DNA of 64,000 nucleotides from Thermodesulfobacteriota bacterium. GTDB lineage: Bacteria > Desulfobacterota > Desulfobacteria > Desulfobacterales > C00003060. The position numbers and the translations under genes are program-made. The DNA is taken from contig JAXHVD010000011.1 of NCBI GenBank assembly GCA_034189385.1, positions 32,001 to 96,000 of the forward strand, in the 5' to 3' direction. The notes beneath the pieces were generated by a model. That model made no database searches. It was not told where the DNA came from and saw nothing but the letters and a program-made list of their open reading frames with translations. This document shows, piece after piece, positions 61,686-64,000 of this stretch; within the stretch, counting starts at the first letter, position 1; every line of letters begins with the position of its first letter.

Positions 61686-62250
61686 TCGTAAGGTTTCGCA
61701 ATGGCGTTCACCGGGAAGCACCTGTGATGCAAAAGCTCCAACAGGCATCTGCCCCGTTTAAAGTGTAAACCGCGATTGAAGACTCCCCGCAGCCCGCGCC
61801 GCGCTCGCACTGCCAATAGGCAGAACCTACGGGGCGTGGGCTCGCCTATTTGGTTTATCTTGACAATACAATCCCTTGACTTTTGCGCCCTTTTCTTATA
61901 GGGGGCTTTTTGGCGTATGAGTTTGCTGCCCTCTTCTTCTCCACTCATAGGTGCGGCACATGAACAAAGACCTCAAAATGGGCCGACGTTCGCCCTGGCA
62001 GGGAATCGAGTCTTCTGCTCAAAGCCGTGGATACCGTTTTCCCTCGTCGGATCTTGCCCCGCCTGTGCGTCTAGTAGGAAGCCAGCCGAAAAAACCTTCA
62101 AACACTTCTGTAGCAGAGAGAATAAAAGCAATACATAGGAGATCCATGCATTGAAAGCACAAAAGCGTATGGCTGTCCATCTCTTGAGGAGGCAAATGAC
62201 GCTTGTACGACACCCGAGTCACTGATCGGTTTTAGAGAAAGGAGGATTTC

Positions 62251-63951
62251 ATGGCCAAAGCACAAAAAAAGCAGAACGCACCCTTTCTTGCCAAATCACC
62301 CACCGGTATCCAGGGGCTTGATGAAATCACCGCAGGCGGGCTGCCCAAGGGACGCCCCACCCTGGTGTGCGGCAGCGCAGGGTCAGGAAAGACACTGCTG
62401 GCCATGGAATTCCTTGTCAGGGGGGCTACGGAGCATGATGAGCCCGGGGTGTTCGTCTCTTTTGAAGAGACGGAAACGGATCTTGCAAACAATGTGGCCT
62501 CTCTCGGCTGGGATCTTGCCAAGCTCTCCAGGCAGAGGAAGCTTCTTGTTGAATATGTCTATATTGAACGAAGCGAGATAGAAGAGACGGGGGAGTATAA
62601 TCTGGAAGGTCTTTTCATACGGCTTCAAGATGCCATTGACACCATCGGGGCCAAGCGGATTGTCTTGGACACCATGGAGGCCCTCTTTGGCGGTTTTACC
62701 AACGACATGGTGATGCGGGCGGAGATTCGCCGCCTGTTTCGCTGGTTGAAGGAGAAAGGGCTTACAGCGATCATCACCGGGGAGCCGGGTGAAGAGACCA
62801 TGACGCGCCATGGCCTGGAGGAATATGTCTCTGATTGTGTGATTCAGCTGGATCACAGGATTTGTGAACAGGTGGGCACCAGGCGCATGCGGATCGTCAA
62901 GTATCGGGGTTCTTCCCATGGGACGAATGAGTACCCCTTTCTGATCGAAGAGAAGGGGGTCTCTATACTGCCCATTACCTCCCTGGGTCTGGATTACGGT
63001 GTGACCACCCAGAGGATCGCCACGGGCATCAAACGTCTGGACACCATGCTGGGGGGAAAGGGCTATTACAGGGGCACGAGTATCCTGGTATCGGGTACGG
63101 CTGGCACGGGCAAGAGCTCCCTTGCAGCATCCTTTGCAGACGCGGCCTGTGGCCGGGGGGAACGAGCCCTATATCTCTCGTTTGAGGAGGCGCCAAAGCA
63201 GATCATGAGAAACATGCGCTCCGTGGGGATTGTGCTTGAACCGTGGGTGAAGGAGGGTTTGCTCCGATTTCAGGCAGTGCGGGCATCCACGTACGGCCTG
63301 GAGATGCATCTGGCCCTTTTGCACAGGGAGGTGAATGACTTCAACCCCCAGGTCGTGGTCATGGACCCCATATCCAACCTCGGCGAGGCGACAACTGAAG
63401 TCGAAGTGAAGGGCATGCTGTGCCGGGTCATTGACTTTCTAAAGATGCAAAAGATCACCGCCTTCTTCACCGATCTTACCCGTGGAGGCACCTCCTTGGA
63501 GGCCACGGAATCGGCCATCTCATCTCTCATGGACACCTGGATACTGCTCAGGGATATCGAATACCAGGGAGAACGCAACCGGGGGATGTATGTTTTAAAA
63601 TCCCGCGGCATGGCCCACTCCAACCAGATTCGCGAGTTTGTGATCACTGATAAGGGGCTCGACCTCCTCAACGTGTATGCGGGCCCTGAGGGCGTGCTCA
63701 CCGGCACGGGCCGGATGGCCCAAGAAGCACAAGAAAAGGCAGCCAAGCTCCTCCGTCATGAAGAGAAGTCCTTTAAAAAACGAGAACTCGAGCGCAAGCG
63801 CATGGCCTTTGAGGCCCGCATGGCAGCCCTGCGGGCAGAATTTGAGGGGGAGGAAGAAGAGCTGAAGAAATCCATGGGAGAGGCTGAACTGAGGGAGCGC
63901 GTCCTTACGGAGGACCGCAAGGCCATGGGAAAAGCCAGGGGCAAAGACTAA
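62251..63951 (+). CDS. kaiC: Circadian clock ATPase/kinase KaiC (KaiC2-like)
   Basis: Tandem RecA-like domains (GSAGSGKT/SFEE; GTAGTGKS/SFEE), KYRGS, KSRGMAHS, phosphosite region ISSLMDT, long C-terminal coiled coil. Confidence 0.94.
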   Translation: MAKAQKKQNAPFLAKSPTGIQGLDEITAGGLPKGRPTLVCGSAGSGKTLLAMEFLVRGATEHDEPGVFVSFEETETDLANNVASLGWDLAKLSRQRKLLVEYVYIERSEIEETGEYNLEGLFIRLQDAIDTIGAKRIVLDTMEALFGGFTNDMVMRAEIRRLFRWLKEKGLTAIITGEPGEETMTRHGLEEYVSDCVIQLDHRICEQVGTRRMRIVKYRGSSHGTNEYPFLIEEKGVSILPITSLGLDYGVTTQRIATGIKRLDTMLGGKGYYRGTSILVSGTAGTGKSSLAASFADAACGRGERALYLSFEEAPKQIMRNMRSVGIVLEPWVKEGLLRFQAVRASTYGLEMHLALLHREVNDFNPQVVVMDPISNLGEATTEVEVKGMLCRVIDFLKMQKITAFFTDLTRGGTSLEATESAISSLMDTWILLRDIEYQGERNRGMYVLKSRGMAHSNQIREFVITDKGLDLLNVYAGPEGVLTGTGRMAQEAQEKAAKLLRHEEKSFKKRELERKRMAFEARMAALRAEFEGEEEELKKSMGEAELRERVLTEDRKAMGKARGKD

Positions 63952-64000
63952 TACCAAGTTGCATTCAAAAAGATAGTAAGGCGGCAAGGAGGTTTTCCCG

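Noticed and set aside
61911..61927. Sigma54 promoter before kaiC (TGGCGTATGAGTTTGCT)
   Set aside because: GG-GC spacing is one base too long for a -24/-12 promoter.
1..64000. CRISPR array, rRNA, prophage, intact transposase, selenoprotein read-through
   Set aside because: No regularly spaced repeats or recognisable motifs were seen by eye; subtle cases could have been missed without computation.

Overview
Bacterial chromosomal window, probably from a Desulfobacterota (deltaproteobacterial) genome, judging by gene content such as waaA, lolA, a pilT/pilU pair, trpB2 and a USP/kinase pair. About 1-44.7 kb is mostly housekeeping: a divergent pgk, radA-rlmE-yebC, plsC-ftsK-lolA, grpE-dnaK, tilS-ftsH-folP-coaX, yggT-pilT-pilU, der-rarA, trpB2, an LpoA-like lipoprotein and waaA-recQ. 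About 44.8-64 kb is accessory: lipoproteins, a dual-specificity phosphatase, a large secreted HEXXH protein, a VWA protein, GT2, patatin, a kinase plus USP, IHF, a candidate sigma54-driven hybrid kinase, an HDOD protein and KaiC. Non-coding elements read directly from the DNA are tRNA-Glu(CUC), a ~270-nt large Alu-domain SRP RNA, a probable Trp attenuator with leader peptide(s) before trpB2, and several small palindromic MITE/PATE-like elements. The most notable observations are the large SRP RNA, the trpB2 attenuator, an orphan GcvH-like protein whose lipoyl Lys is replaced by Gln next to a Cys, a KaiC2-type clock gene behind a hybrid kinase-HDOD module, and an amber-interrupted CxxC mini-domain. 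No CRISPR array, rRNA, prophage or intact transposase was seen. All calls come from motif recognition by eye; no database searches were run.
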